DNA of 64,000 nucleotides from Cystobasidiomycetes sp. EMM_F5 (taxonomy: Eukaryota). The stretch lies in contig JBPGPT010000009.1 of NCBI GenBank assembly GCA_051047955.1, positions 1 through 64,000 of the forward strand. Direction: 5' to 3'. A model generated the notes under the pieces. It was not told the DNA's origin, did no database searches, and saw only the letters and a program-made list of their open reading frames with translations. Shown in pieces: positions 37,409-52,235 of the stretch (position 1 is its first letter; each line of letters begins with the position of its first letter). The translations under genes and the position numbers were made by a program.

Positions 37409-40142
37409 TCAAAGCAGAGCGCCTAGAGGATCAAAAGAATGCGGCTTCGTCGCATTTTGTCGAGGAAGACTCTTTCCTTGAAATGTAGGAGAGGGTACCG
37501 CTAGATCTGACAATCCCAGGCCAAACGGGTCCTGCCGACTTAATGTACTCGCGGAAGTCGAGTTTGACTGAGGCAGTCCCGCACCGCTTGCACCAGGATC
37601 GGCAATCTGTATGAGCAGATTCTGCGGACTTGAGCTGCCATTCGGTAATCGATCTGACAGCGCGATCTGGTTATGAGTTGCTAAGTCTCGGGATCGACTG
37701 CGAGAGTGACCCTCAGATATTGGTCGAGTTTTGGGATCAATGGAAGCCAAGGGAGCTGATTGATTCCGAGATTTGCCAAATTCGAGAGGTCGAAATACCG
37801 CAGGCGCGGGCATCGTGGGTGAATTGTCATCGATCAGATTCGGGATAGGAGTATCAAGTGACAGCATGTCACCCTTGCGCACAGTCGAAGCAGCTTTTGG
37901 TACGGTGCTTGCCATCGGTAGGAGAGCTTCGGATAGTGTTTTGGCAGATGACGCATCGAAATGCGCTTCTTTTCCCAGCAGAACTTGCGATACGTGTTTT
38001 ACAGATTCCAGTGATGCTAGAAGTGAGACCTTTTGGTCATCATTGAGCTGAGACTCGATCGAAGCAAGCGCAGTAACAAGCGTAGCGCCCACTACGTAAG
38101 AAACGAAGGCTTAGCGTGAATCACAATGTCAATTAATGTAACGCACTGGCTGCAAGTTCCGGTGTATGCAGCACCACATTGGGAGTCCCCTTTTTACTAG
38201 GATCGATATCGCGGGCAGCACGGACACTGATCTCAGAATAATTGTCGACCGGTGATGACGACTGCTGATAGCTCTGTACATTTTTCTAACATCCTGTCGT
38301 CAGCATAGCATTAAGCGGATGCTTATAACGTACATACTCTAAGCTCGGAAAGTGTAGAAAGCACGGCCTGATTGAGGCCCAGAGCTTCGGATCGCGCATA
38401 TAAAGTTCCGGCCAAACTTTTCCCGTTTGCGATAAGACTAGCTGTACTCGAAGCTTGCCGAGCACCACTGGACGGAGATACCCTCTGCGTCTCGTACATC
38501 GCTTCGAGAGCTCGACTGCCCGATTTCACACCTGCTTCGGCTTGCTGATTTGCATTCTGCCTGCGCACAGCAGCGCCTCCGAAGTTGGTCGGATTGTCTT
38601 GTAGATACATGGCTTGCTGTACCAATAGCAGTGGTCTTGCATTCCCATCAGCAGGCAAAGGGTAACGTAAAAGGCATTGCAGGAAATGCGTATCTGAGGA
38701 GGACAGAAGTCAGACAGTATCAAGATGCGAATGATGTGAAGTACAATCAGCATCCAGCAGACTCTCTCTTATGCGTAGAAGCATTGCCAGGCAGACGTAG
38801 TCGGCAAGACGCAGGGCCGCTGAGGCATCCTCAGCTAGCAGAGCATCCCATAATGTGAGGCTGCAAGTATCCTTCAGTGCCTGCAAGGATTGTACTTCGG
38901 GAGGCACTTACGTATCTTTGATCACAAATTCCCGAGAAAACAGTAACCGCAACCATTTGAGACCGTATATCTGCGGTTCGATCCGCAGTTCTTCCATTCG
39001 TCGCCAAAGGTCGTGATCCACCCTTCGCAACAGATCGTGGATCCGCGAGCATTTTGCAACGATTGGTTGGACATAGGCTGCTTGGGCGATGTGACTTGTC
39101 GTATCTAAAGCAGAAGGCTGTGCATAGCTAGGTACGTTTGCGGACGGATCGTACCAACTTAGCATGCAGGTCATGAGCGTGTTGTATATAGCGTATGCAT
39201 CGTGGTCCAGAAAGCTTCGACAGAGTACGAAACCGGAGAAGGCGCTGATATCGTTGTCGTCAAATGCCAGAGACGGATCAGCAGGTATAGTATCTAGGTC
39301 AGTAATCCAGTAAATTATTGCAAGAATCTCGTGCATCCCCTGGCGGTACCCAACGTCGATATGCAGTTTCGTGTATACGAAGAGGATCTATCGTTTCGGT
39401 CAGCGATCTGGAATGGTACAAAAGGCTTAGACATGCATTGATTAGTGCGTTCTGAACACGGCTTTGTCGAAAGTAAGGATTGTCGGGGAAACTGTCAAAT
39501 GACGCAGATTGCTCAGCAGGGTTGGCCTCGCATGTAAATAAATTGTGCATACGTTCGTTCGACATCCTGACGTATCACTTGCCGAGCTTCAAGGTCTTTG
39601 TACCACGACGGCCAAGGGTTCTATAGTACGGCAGCGTCAGCGTTCGCAGTACGACGCATCTTGTCTCTTGGGCATTGACTCGCTCCGCTACCGCTCCCGA
39701 GCGGGTCGAAGGTGCCTTCCGAGCGAGCTGAGGGTAGGTAATCCAGATGTTGCGGTTCTCCACCGTCCGTCCATTTGCCATCTGGATCTCGCAGATACTC
39801 GAACGACAGATCTGTCCAATGCCGGCGTGATCTGTTCAGCGACTGTCTCCATTGCAAAGTCGACGGTGATAGCAGATTCAAGAATAGCTGTCAAGCAACA
39901 TATCATCAGCCAGGCTAACCCGACCATCAGCAGCAATAGCTTGCCCGCCAGTACACGGAACGCAGAGTAGGCCGGTCCGGCGGTCCAATGATGCCCTGCT
40001 GCGCCTTGGTGCGTATGCTCGACGGAGAACGGAGCGGGTCTTCAATCAATTGCTGCAATAGCTTTCGCAGCTCATCAGCGGAAGGCCTATCTGGCAGCGA
40101 GTCCTGCGGTGTCGTCTTAGTCGTTGGGGGCGCCGTGGACAT
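37409..40142 (-). CDS. Rab-GAP TBC domain protein (TBC1D5-like), multi-exon
   Basis: LRSVYWR, DVERT^FPD.PYFR, YRQGMHEILA, IEPQIYGLKWLRLLFSREF. Confidence 0.9.
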
Positions 40143-40609
40143 GTATTATCTTAGCGCTCCAGGGCGCTACATGACAGAAACTCAAGACTGGTGACGGACT
40201 CAACTGACCTCCATATTTTTTGACTAAAGCATCCCGTAGAACAAGTCGCTAGACACTGACACGCTGAGCTAACCAACAGTATCTGATGATCTCTATATGT
40301 CGTACATCACGCCAAGGCAATCTTTCGGGCTCAGCGATGCTGCCAACATGAAACGTAAAGATTGACGGTCCGCGAACGAGGCTCGGCAGCTTCTGCGTAG
40401 CGACTAGCGAGATCCTCGATGTTCAAGTCCTGCATCGCAGTTCTCCGGCAGCCGTCCATGCCCAATTACTGAATGGCTTTCGGCCGAGTCCCCTTATACG
40501 AACAGGGTCGCATCGTTTGGCCGTATTCAGGTCGCTTGGCTGCAGGCAAAGACAAGTGCGTTACCGCTTTTGTTTGCTCACAACCGTTAGCCAACTTAAT
40601 CTGGCCAGC

Positions 40610-43600
40610 ATGACTGCGATCGATTACAACGCAGCCAATCTGGCCCACTTCGACCATACGACTGCGGACATACGAACATCGAAACGAGTCTCCGTGTTGA
40701 CCGCGGAGGAAGCTCGTCGCATCAGCTTGAACAAAAGTAGCAAGATTCCGCCGTCTCTCAAGGATAGCATTCGTTTTTCATTTCATCTGAAGTCCCCACT
40801 TTTCCAACACACAACGCTGGGGTCTCCGACGTTTGCATTGGATTTCAGCGATGCAAAACGTCTTTCTCAAAAGGCACCACTGGCCGCCGATAGCAAAACA
40901 CCCCCTTTCCCCGCATTAGCCTATGCCGGTTCCGCTTCCGGTTCGGACGAGTCGTCTCTGTCGTCAACTCTTCCGACGGGCGGTCTAACCAGCTCTACTA
41001 ATCCAATCATTGCTTCGAGCGCTGCTGGCAAGGTGCCTATGCATGAGACATCTCTAATCGATGAAGACAATGATTTGATTGATGCTCAGCTGGAGATGCT
41101 CGAACAACTATTTCCGAAGGAGATGAAGAGCTACAGTGGGTCCATTCCGAAGGACATGGCAGCGTCTGTAGCAGCCATGATGGCAAGTCCTCCTCCGCTA
41201 CCATCTTCAGTAGGCAAGACAGCTGCAACAAGCAACCATAAAATAGATGAAGCTTCGCCGGTTCTCATACAGCTATCTTCAAATGCCACCGGCATATTAA
41301 GCACGTCGAACGATCTGAAACCAGATGCAGCGGATGCGCCCGGGCAAATGTCCGGTGGACACCACAATATATTCGCAGAGACGACCGTTAGTACCCTAAG
41401 CTTGTCGAAACCTCCTGACGAAGAGAAGAGACTTTCTAGACCCGGTCTGCTCGGATTAAGCATCAACACGGTGTCGTCACAAGCATATGCCACCAAAGAG
41501 CTCGTACTCATTCGAAAACTCAAGGAAGAAGGCAGGATCAAGAAAGACGAGAAAGCAAACAAGGCCAAGCCAGCAAAAGCGGCCGAGGAGCTAGTTGTCA
41601 GTGTCGTAGCTCCCGATTGCATGTTACTCGCTAACGCACAGTGACAGAATGTCGAGAAGCCAGTCTCGCCGATAAAGGCCAAGCCCAACTCTCCGCGGTT
41701 CCCGTTTCCCGAGATGGCACAGTCTACTAGCTCAGTCACCGCACTGAAACGATCGATTTCGGAGAAGACCAACGTTGCCGCAAATGGCGCAGCTGCCGAC
41801 CCCCCTGCAGTTGCAAAAACTCCAGCGATTTCTGCGACAAATGTGCCAACGCCAGCCGTCAATAGACACCTACGCGGTCTCTCGACGGACACAACCAACA
41901 GCGGCATCGTATGGAGCGCCGTAGTAGAGAAGTTCAGCGAAATGGCTCAGGAAATCGCAGGCAAACCTGGCTTCGGCTCCACTCGCAAAGCGTCCATAGC
42001 TTCTTTCTCGATGATGGACGACTCCGCAAGATCCTCCACGCAAACATTGATGCCCCCCAATCGAACGAGCGTCAACGACCAGCCTCGTAAATCTTCGCTG
42101 GTCATAATTACGCCTGCCGAAAATAGCACGGAGGACACCGATGACCAAGAAGATTTGGCTCCAATCGAGGATTCTATGATCTCCCTCGAGAAAACGGATG
42201 CCCAGGCTGTCCTCGGCTCACCTTCCAGAGTTGCGATTCCAACGTCAGATGTCCAGCTGGACATCGCCGATGCATCGCTTGCAGCAGGTCACGATGTAAT
42301 TGGGGACGACGTCACGCGTCTCTCTGATGACGAAACCGAAGAGAATGAGGGCAGCGAGAGCGACGACGACATCAATTCCGTAGATAAGCCAATTACTCCG
42401 ATGAAAACAAAACGGAGGTCAAGATCTTTGTTCGCCTCTGCCCTCCGTAAGGATCGCACTGAGGATGAAACTCCCGAGCAAACGGCTCGTACGTTCGCCC
42501 GCAAAGCCCGTGGAGTTCGTATAGTCAGCAAAGCCAACGTAGAGGGCGACTATGCGGACTTTCTAAAGAACTCGAGTGAGCGAAAGAATAGCACCGATCA
42601 GGATTTAGAGACGGCCTCGAAGCTGTCAAAGATGTCAAAAGGCACAGGTGTCGAGAATGGCCTGTTCCGACGTGGTAGTATGCGATCGATTCTGACAGGG
42701 AAGACCATCGCTACCGTCGGCGGGGTTTCGATAAAGGATCTCTCGAGGTGAGGAGAATTTGACATGGCTTTGGGCCACTCTGACCGCGATCATGGTAGGG
42801 GCGCCCGATTCCGCAAGCCGAGTCCGTTCTTTGCATGCGGGCATGGCTATCGTAAGGTACATGGGCCCTTTACTCCGTGGAGTACACGTGAGTCACATAC
42901 CGCCAAGCTTCTTTGAGACCCAGTACTGATTTGGGAGGCAATTCGGTAGCCAAGCGTAAACCCTCTCTGCAGCGAAAAGTTTCGGGAAAAAAGCGAGGGT
43001 CTGTAGAAGTCGAAGAATCATTGCTGACCACAATGGCTCGGATGCGTGAACAGCAAAGAGAAGCCGAAAAACCAATGCTAGGAGGGTTCAACTTTGAGCC
43101 AGGCGCAGATCCTGCTGGACTCTCGAAGAGTTCGTACACTCCCTCCAAGTCGAATGTCGGCACGAACCTCGACCTCAAGCGCAAAGGACCCGCCTCGTCA
43201 CGTCAGGAGATTTCCTACAAACCGTACGCGCAAACGTCATTCACGCCAAGCAGTAAGCCTTTCGCACAATCTTCCGTCGGTCCTCCCATGAGGAGCGGCA
43301 CATCAGTCCCAAATCCCAGCGTTGTTGCATCGCCGTTTGCGCCGATGTCGCTGCAGGGTCGATTACCAGGAGGTATGCCAATGCAGCGCGGTCAGTCTGC
43401 ATCCGACATCGGTGTTAGCACGAAACCGTTTGCAAAACAAATTCCTCGAGGACCCTCGCCTGCCTCGTCGGTGGTTACGCCATCTCTGCCATTCGGCAAT
43501 GCTCTTCAAGCGCAAGGGCGCGGTGGATCAGCCGTCGGTATCAGCAGACCGCCCGGCCCGGCATCAACCATGTCATTGTTATCCTCATCGCGTCAACAGA

Positions 43601-44610
43601 TATTAAAGTCGTCACAGTCCGCTATTTCGGTCAGTAGCAATCACAGCGGGAGGGAACGCTCCAATACAACGCAGCCATCTTCTCGGCCAACTATACCACG
43701 TGCTGGATCCACCGCCCCATCTACCTCAAGATCGAACGTGTCGGTAGCATCTAGCGGTAGACCCACTGCGAAACGCGCAGATACCGGACCAATTCCCAAG
43801 GCTGCTTCATCTGCACCAAGTCAGCTGCCTACGATGATGCCAGGCAGATCGCCCCCATCCCAGCCCGTGCCTCCAGTACCAATGGGCTCGTTTATTTCCA
43901 TGACACCTGCAAGATCAGAGGTCAGCCTGAAAAGCTCGCGCAGCGCAGAGGCTGTGGGTTCGATTGCTGCCAATGTCGTCGGCGGCCCAGGCCCGGCTTC
44001 GTACCAGCCTCCACGTCTGCCGAGCAAACAGAACAGCAGTAATGACGCTGTACATCGTGCTTCAACAGCCCCTCTACCAGCTTTGCCGGGACAGATTCCA
44101 GGTTCGGGCAGTCAGATCGCTGGTCAGAGGGCCGGCAATCAGCACATGCCAAACCAGAAGCCCAATCCAGCTTTGAGCGTAGACACAGGTCATGCAGCTC
44201 CCGTACAAGCGGCATCGCAAGGAATGCAACCCAACGCGCAGCACTATCAGCCTGTGCGTCAGGCATCAGCGCCACAGACCAATAACATGCATCACAACAT
44301 GCAAAGACAAGCATCGGGTCAGACTGTCATGTCGCCTGATGAGATGGAGACATTTGCACCGCGTACTAGTCAGTCTCTAGACACCTCGAAACCACTGCCA
44401 GCATCTACGCCTCGATCCGCTAGTTCTGTGATGGCCAGCGTATTCAATACGGGTCCCAAACGTCCGTCACGGGATACCCAGGATAGTCTCCTCCTCGATC
44501 CACGTCGACCTCGTCCGCCATCAGTTCAGCCTGTGGCAGACGGTTCCGGCGGAAAAGGTGGAAAATCTAACGGTCTGAAGAAAGTTTTTGGATTCGGTAA
44601 AAAGAAGTAA
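40610..44610 (+). CDS. Large low-complexity S/P-rich hypothetical protein (probably one multi-exon gene)
   Basis: Three long ORFs separated by intron-like gaps (about 41597-41648 and 42749-42907); ends GLKKVFGFGKKK. Confidence 0.6.
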
Positions 44611-44737
44611 AAGTCGCTGTCGCACTTTGAGTATTGGAATATATGCAAATTACCGCCTGTAGCGTCTGGTTCAGTAGTGAGACTTGCTGATCGTTGTTGG
44701 CCGGCCATTCAACATGATGCTTTTCAGACAGTAGATT

Positions 44738-46556
44738 TCACCGCGAAACTTGACCAGCTAATCCAAGCACGTCGTCTACTCGATGGATTTGGAGTCCTGT
44801 CGCATTTTCACGCCTGTCCCACGATCCCTGAATGCGCGCCTTCTGTGAGAGCGGAGCAACCGACATCGCTGTCCAGTTCTGCCACAAGGTCCTTACCTGA
44901 TTCTCCGTGCTTGTCTCGTCTTCGACTTCAGAAGGAGTCAGGACGATGACCCATAGAGCATCATATCCACCAGCTCCAGGAACACCACCTCCGAGAACTC
45001 CCGTACATGTCGTTATGGTTGCATCGAGTAAGTTCGTCTGCTCGTCCGGCTCTATAGGAACAGCAGCCGCTTTTCCCATCTCCTTCATGCCTTTGCGGAT
45101 GCTCTGATGAATTTTTCAGATATGAGTCGAGACTTCGTGACTTCGCACGACATACATGTACGGCCACTCGAGCCTCTACCAAGCCTTTTGTTACCTCGGA
45201 CGAGCTCTCATTTTCCCACTGCACCTAAGTCAGTCGTGAGGACAATGGGTTGATTGCCTTTGCTTACTTCCATTGATGGCACCGTACTGCAACTCTTGAT
45301 GATGGCAGTGTAATGGTCTCGATCGGTGTAAGCAAGATGCTCAAGCTGTCGTAATGCGTCCACGAGCGCTTGGTTTCTACTGGCTATTCTCGCCCAAAGA
45401 TTGGAAGCTGTGTGGGTATTTCGTTCAAGTGGGGAAGCATCAACTCTTCCACAGATGCTCACCTTTATGAGGCTCCGTCTTCCGCCATTTCAGCACTTTG
45501 CTGACCATGGATGGTGTATTAGAGCCGGCATCGACGTCTGCCAGAAAAAGAGTCATGAGCGGAGGAAGCCTGAAAGGCTCTGCAGAAGGGGCGGTCGAAG
45601 CGCCCTCGCGCCAGAGAGGCGATTGCGGGTCCAGACCCGCTCTCAAGTTGTGAGCTGATGGCTGTTCCATATCGAAAGCGTCAGTTAGTAGAAACAACCT
45701 GAGTATGAATTGCGTACCTTTTCGGTATTGAGGAGACTTTCTAGACATATTGGACTAAAGCGTCGATACAGATGCGATTGCCATACCGCTGCAGAGACGT
45801 CGAATCCGCTGCCAACCTTGCCTTGCGCCCGTGAGTGCGCATACTGAGCGACATTGTGTATCAGACGCAAACGTTCCGTGCCTGGTGTCAGATCAATCGC
45901 TGCGCTTGTCGCACCATCTTCTCGCGTTAAATGTATGTATAAAGCCGCGACAAGCGAAGTGACCATCGCTGCCGAACTTCCGAGCCCAGTCTTGTGAACA
46001 TTAGCGATAGTCGTGTTTAGAAACGCAAAAGGATTCGCTTCTTGTTTATTATTGTTCGGCTGTTGTTACTGAGATCAGACCAGCTAAGGTCACTTTTCAG
46101 GACAACCGCACTGACAGATCCTTGTTGGGAGTAGAAATCATTGTCCCCGACAATCGTTACGCTCAAACGCGAAGCCAACGGAGGGGCGTCAGAACCCAAA
46201 GCCACCTTAAGGGCAGCTTCGACGGCAATTTGGACGAACGTATTTCGCGATGATCTGGTTGACAGACATTCAGGAATAGTTCTTACACGCCGCTACGATT
46301 GTCCTTACTGGTGCTGAGCTGGAACAATGTTTACATCGTTCTCGATATATTCCGCTCGATATGACCATTCTGCGTCGACGAATTGCGGACTTTTGACGAC
46401 TATCAATGGCACTTCATGACTGGATGTAGTTTCAGAGACGACAGTGTAAAAGCGGGACGCTGTGCCGATAACTAGCCCAGGATAAGCGGGCTCGAGCACC
46501 AGGTAGCCGCCCGCGACCAGAACTTTGCCTGGACACGAGACGACTGTCGGCGGCAT
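44738..46556 (-). CDS. ERG8: Phosphomevalonate kinase
   Basis: SCPGKVLVAGGYLVL, VHKTGLGSSAAMVTS, AQGKVGSGFDV, GVPGAGGYDA. Confidence 0.95.
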
Positions 46557-46776
46557 GGTTACGGGTCCAGTTAGCAGTGCTTTAGAGAGGCATCACTTCA
46601 TTGCATGCATTCTCAGAATTAAGCACTGTTGAATTGCGCGCTACAACAAAAGCACGCGCTTACTTTCGTAAACAGCTTTAGCATTCTAGCAACCCGTCGA
46701 AAACCATGAAAGTGCAACAAACTGGCCATGCCTGAGCCACAGTCTGCAGGGATTGTCTAGATCAACCTGCTGGGCA

Positions 46777-48311
46777 ATGTCGTTTTCCTACAACAGTCAT
46801 TACGGCGGATCTGCTCTGGCTTCCACGTCTGGGCCAATAACGCGCTCCAGGACAGGCCTGTTTCTCTCGTATCGGGATACAGTTATACGCTCACCGTCGT
46901 CGAGACTTGGTAGCAAATCAATATCGAGCCGGAAAGGCAAAGGGAGAGCCTACGACGACAGCTATGACGATGAAGAGAGGTCCGGCCTGCTCGCTAATGG
47001 AGCCGACGCGAACGGCAACGGCGACTTGCATCAGGCGATAGAGATGGACAATCTACCTCCACAGTGGTGAGCCGTCGCTTGAGCCGAACGTCATATACGA
47101 AGAGCGTGACTGATTAGATCCAACAGGATAGACGAAGCCGACAAAGTCGACGATATTCTGGACCGACTAAAGCCCAGATGTGTGCTTCAAACGCCTAACG
47201 AAACTCTGACAATGGCTAAAGCAGCTTGTTACCTTTCGTAGTGACACAACTAGACAAAATGCATGCCAAGCACATCCTCCCGGGCTTCGCAGACAAGAGT
47301 GCGGAAGAGCGGGATATAGCTTCAGCTACTGCAGACATCACGCGCGAGCTACGGCGGTGTCAAAACATTATCGCTAAAATCGCACAAATGGCGAAACGGA
47401 TGCCAATGTCGACTAGCAAAGAAGACAGGATCATGATTGGCAACGTACAGTCTGGTTTGGCAACGAAAGTACAGAACGTCAGCACTATATTTCGCAAGAA
47501 GCAGACCAATTATCTACGGCGTAAGCAATGACCGCAGAGATGCGTTCTGATATCTGGCTCACTTGACTCCGCTAGAATTGCGAGGCTACGAAACGAAATC
47601 TCATGATAAACAGGCGTCTTCTGGCGCATCATCTCCCAGAGACGCGTATGCCTCAGTCAATGATGACATACAGCTTGTATGTGTGTAGTCGGCCACGCAT
47701 TCTGACCTGGTTAACGGTCCTTTACAGTCACAAGACACGCTAGCTACGACTGGACTGAGTCTTCAGGTTCAGTCGCAAGCGCAGCAGACAGTCACGGGCA
47801 TGTCGATGGAAGCCATCACGCAACGAGACAGAGAAGTGTCTAGCATCGCAGAGAGCATAACGGATCTGGCTACACTCTTCAAAGACCTTAGCTCTCTAGT
47901 CATTGACCAGGGAACGCTGCTCGATCGAATCGACTACAATATCGAACAGATGGCTACCGATATGGAAGGTGCCGTCAAGGAGTTGCAGACAGCCACTACG
48001 TAAGCCGTGCTCTGTAGGCTGACATTCAAAGAAACGCGCTGATCCGCAAACGTCTTGGCAGATATCAAAAGCGATCGGGGAAGCGCCAGCTCATCTGCTT
48101 GCTCGTGCTCTTGATTGTCGGTGCTGCCATCGTTCTGGTATTCAAACCTCGGCGTACCGGCCCAGGCGATATTCCCGTCAGTCCGCCGCCCATACAGCAG
48201 CCAAACACTGGCGACAATGCACAGCCTGGTGCAAATGCAGCAGCGGCAGCATGGAAACTGTTCCCTTCCGACTTTGCGGCAGCCCCCTCGCCAACGAAGC
48301 GCTGGTCATGA
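46777..48311 (+). CDS. TLG2: t-SNARE Tlg2/syntaxin-16
   Basis: TRSRTGLFLSYR, LPPQW, HILPGF, RDREVSSIAESITDLATLFKDLSSLVIDQGTLLDRIDYNIE, C-terminal TM. Confidence 0.92.
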
Positions 48312-48522
48312 TTGATATGTTCATGACGAGTGTGTGCATTTGCTCGAACTATCCGTCTTTGTTTTTCTTGTTATCTAAACCGTTGAGCTCAAGGACACAA
48401 AGTCGACGTGTACGATGTTCTGTACTGCCTGTCTCCACCACGTGTGAATTCTGGAGTTTTGTATCGTCATGCAGAAGTCTACCAGCTTCAGACCAACTCG
48501 AGCCACACCCTGAGACCCTGCC

Positions 48523-49754
48523 ATGGCCGACAACGATGAGCTACGAGGACGTTCGCGGACACGCAGTCCTGCACGCTCGCAGTCGATGAAGTCCATGTCG
48601 AGGTCTCCCAGCAGGAGTCGCAGCCGTAGCCGAAGCAAAAGCAGAGACCGCTCGGTTGCGAGGAGTGCCAGCCCGGCTGGGAAGGCGAGGTGGGCACATT
48701 ATGCGCGTGTAGTAGAATGCGCGGTGTGCTAACTTGCGGAGTGCGTTCTGGTGCACATTCGTTGTCCAAAAGATCCAGGTGAGTCTGCCAAAAGTCCGCT
48801 GTATCGAGACAGAACTAAGATTGTATGTTTGGCTATAGGTCTCCATCTCGGTCGCGCAGTCGCTCGCGTTCCTACTCGCGCTCCATCTCTCGTTCCCGCT
48901 CACCTTAGTGAGTCTTTTCGCTTTAGCCCGCACAGATAATCTCGCTTGAATACTCACCGCAAATAATTGTCTTCAGCTCTCGTTCAAGATCACCCTACTC
49001 TCGCTCGCCCTCTCCTCGCCGTCGGTCACCATCCCCACGTCGTCGGTCTCGTTCTCCACTACCAGCACGTAGAGGCAGCGATGTTCGAGGCAACGGGCGC
49101 GTCAATGACGACGAAGAACGTCTACGCACAATTGTTGTCAGCCACCTAACGAGAAACGTAACGGAGAAGCATCTGGACGAGATCTTCGGGGCGTATGGGG
49201 AAATCAAGCGAGTCGAAATATCAAAAGCCAGAATAGGTGAGAATTCCTTGCTGGCATACCAAAGAGACGCTGGATTGAGAGCCTTACATAATCAAATTCC
49301 AGGCAACGCAAACCGCGGCTTTGCAAATGTGCTATATACTACATCCGCTGATGCAGACAAGGCGGTCGCGTACATGGACCGTGGGCAACTGGACGGCAAT
49401 CTACTAGCAGTGTCCATCAAGCGCAGGGAAGGATCACCACCGCCAGCAGCGCCTTATGGGCGAGATCGTTTCAGAGATGGTCCTCGAGGTGGAGATCGAT
49501 ACGACAGAGGACCGCCTCTGCGTCGCGATGACAGATATCGACCTGCACCATCGTACCCTGACAATCGACGAGGTTCTGGTAATGGGTTTGGAAGGCCCAG
49601 TGGAAGGGACGATTTCAGAAGGAGGGGTAGCAGAAGCCCGCCGCCGGCTAGGCGTAGAGATCGCAGTCTATCACCGCGAAGTAATAGCAGATCTCGCTCA
49701 CCGCCTAGGAGACGCAATCCTGGTAATAGACGCCCAAGTCCGACATACAGATAG
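48523..49754 (+). CDS. RS-rich RRM protein, RNPS1/SR45-like
   Basis: RS repeats flanking an RRM (IVVSHLTRNVTEKHLDEIFGAYG..NRGFA..AVAYMDRGQLDG). Confidence 0.8.
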
Positions 49755-50526
49755 GCCCACGCACAGACCTATGCAGCAGAATCAAAATGACGGCAAAAAT
49801 ACCTGCCAAAGCGATGTTAGAACTTGCCAAAACGTTCTTGTTGTAAGATCCATTGTTTGCAGAACGATGCTTAGTACCATTTCAGCACATTGAGCCAACG
49901 CGGGAAACAACCATAACAAGTTCAATCTGCAACAAGAAACTGACGGGAGTAAACAGAATCATTTGCATTCTTTGAACAACAACGTGGTTGACGAAACATG
50001 TCGCTGCACTGCGGCCTCTTCCATATTCAATGTCAAGGTACTCTTTGCTCGAAGGCACAAAGTGGCAGAGTATAGGAGTATAATCATCGGAAGTCGGGCA
50101 GCTAATTCAAGAGACACTCCGTGAGGATAGTTCTGAGATTTGGTCAATCTTCCCTGTCTCTTCCCCTCGCTGCTCCACCCCTAAAGCAACTAGTAAGGGA
50201 GCTAAAGGTCGGGCATTTGCGTACCCAGAGAAGTAGCAAGTGGATTGAGACGGGCTTTGGTGAGGAAAGGATGCATAGCGGTACCTAGCTACTCATTGAC
50301 ATGGACAGCAGCAGGGAAAGGTATACTGAAAAAAGGAAGGAGATGAGGGACTGAAGGCAGTATGGCCCGTCGCCCGTCCGTAGCAGCGAGTAAGTCAGCA
50401 ATGAAGTCTGCACCGGTCAGTCGACAAAGCGAGATTGTTGAATTGGCAACACCCTGTCATGCATGCTCATCTGCCTTGCCGATAGCTACAAGGAAGCACT
50501 ACCCTCGATCAAATCCGTCAATCCGT

Positions 50527-51438
50527 TTATTGCGCGGCGACACGGTCGAGCGCTTTGAGGTTCTTGACGAGGGGACCGTGGGGCTTCAGGAATTGTACGT
50601 AGGCACCATCCTGTTGCAGCTTGCCCTCAGACTTGAGCTGCGCGTACTCTTCTCTACGGAGAGCGGTGAAACCCCATCTCTTTGAGACGATGATCTTTTG
50701 CTGACCGGGGAACTGTCAAGACGAACGATGTCAGTGGCTGACGGCAAGCCAAAACTGGCGTAGGTGCGAAACGCACCTTGTAACGAGCACGGCGGAGAGC
50801 CTCAATGACGACAGCCTTGTTGGAGTCCTTGCATCGGATGGACATGATGATCTGGCCGATGTTGACACGGGCGACGGTTCCGTATGGCTTGCCCCAAGCA
50901 CCTCTCATACCAGTTTGCAGACGATCTGCACCAGCGCACGACAACATCTTGTTGATTCGGATAACGTGGTAAGGGTGAACACGGACGCGCATGTGGAAGG
51001 CATCCTTTCCGACAGTCTTGGAGAAGTACTTGTTGGCGCAGATACGGGCAGCCTCGAGCGCTTCCGAAGACAGCTGTTCGTACTCGTTGGATACGAGATG
51101 CGCACAGAAGGGGAACTCGTCGACGTTGGCCTTCTTTCGTCCCAAGTCGTCTAATAATTGCTGCTGAATCAGCACTACCCGTTCGTCCAATATGCTGCAT
51201 CCCACGCACAGATACGAATCTTTGGGTCGGGAACACCACGGTTGTACCTGCTCTTAGGGTAAGGCTTGTTCTTGCAGTAGCTGCAGTCGCACATCGTCAG
51301 TCAGTCGTCGTCGACGTTTCCCAATTGATTGATCAGCATACCGGTAGCATCTGCAAATCAACCCATGACAGTCAGCCGGGACACATTTCAAGCACCGATA
51401 CGTCGACAGTGAGCTCACCTTGCTGGACGGCGACCCAT
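50527..51438 (-). CDS. RPL10: 60S ribosomal protein L10 (uL16), multi-exon with a 9-nt microexon
   Basis: [76 protein letters not shown]. Confidence 0.98.
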
Positions 51439-52235
51439 CTTTGCTGCTGTGAATGCTGCTTGGGTTGGGTGGGTCTGAGCCTGGGTAGGCTTGAGGGAAG
51501 ATTGGCAGGAAGAATCGTGATCGAGAATTTGCAGGAAAGAAATTAAAGGAGAGGGGAGAGCCGAAGGTTCTCAACAACCTGCGCCATCGTCGCTGTCTTT
51601 CGATTGATCTCATTTCAATGATATGATATACTCCTACGAGTTGGACGAGCTCCATTGCTCAAGTCTGGACAGCCCGACTTTCCGACGAAAGCGGAGAGCC
51701 AATGCACTAATTAAATATCGCGGTCCCGCATAACCCTCGCAACTATTGCACTGACAAGTACCGCATGTCGTACTTATTCTTCAGCTCCTCTCATATCCAG
51801 CACGTCCTGTTACTAAATGATGCTGAAGTCCAACACTATTCTTTCGACCACCGGCTTCACCCATTTCATCAGAAGGCTAGCACTAAGCCCTTCGCACTTG
51901 ATTATCTGGGCGCTTCGATACGGAGGATGCATTGTAAAGCTGCTCCCGAATGTTCACGAGTATACAGACGAATGCAAATTATCAGATTTGCTGACTACAG
52001 TTAATGAATTGATGCATACGCTGCGACAATAGCGCAGAAACACATATAGGTCTACTGGTCTGCCTTAGTCTAAGGCTGCGTTTCGTTATAATGCTACTAA
52101 TCATTCTTGACGTCAAATTGCCGGCTTTGCCGGCTCCGCCAGCTTCCCGGTTCTGCCAGCACCCAAATCTCAGCAGAGAAAGTGAGAGGAATAGCTTAGA
52201 CTCGTTCTTACCACGAATTGATGGCTATCTTGCTG

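Noticed and set aside
48580..49740. Repetitive DNA suggesting a repeat array
   Set aside because: Explained by the RS-dipeptide codons of the RRM protein
49900..50520. Possible structured RNA (snRNA, RNase P/MRP, telomerase RNA) between convergent genes
   Set aside because: No diagnostic motifs recognised; compatible with 3'UTRs. An Rfam search would settle it
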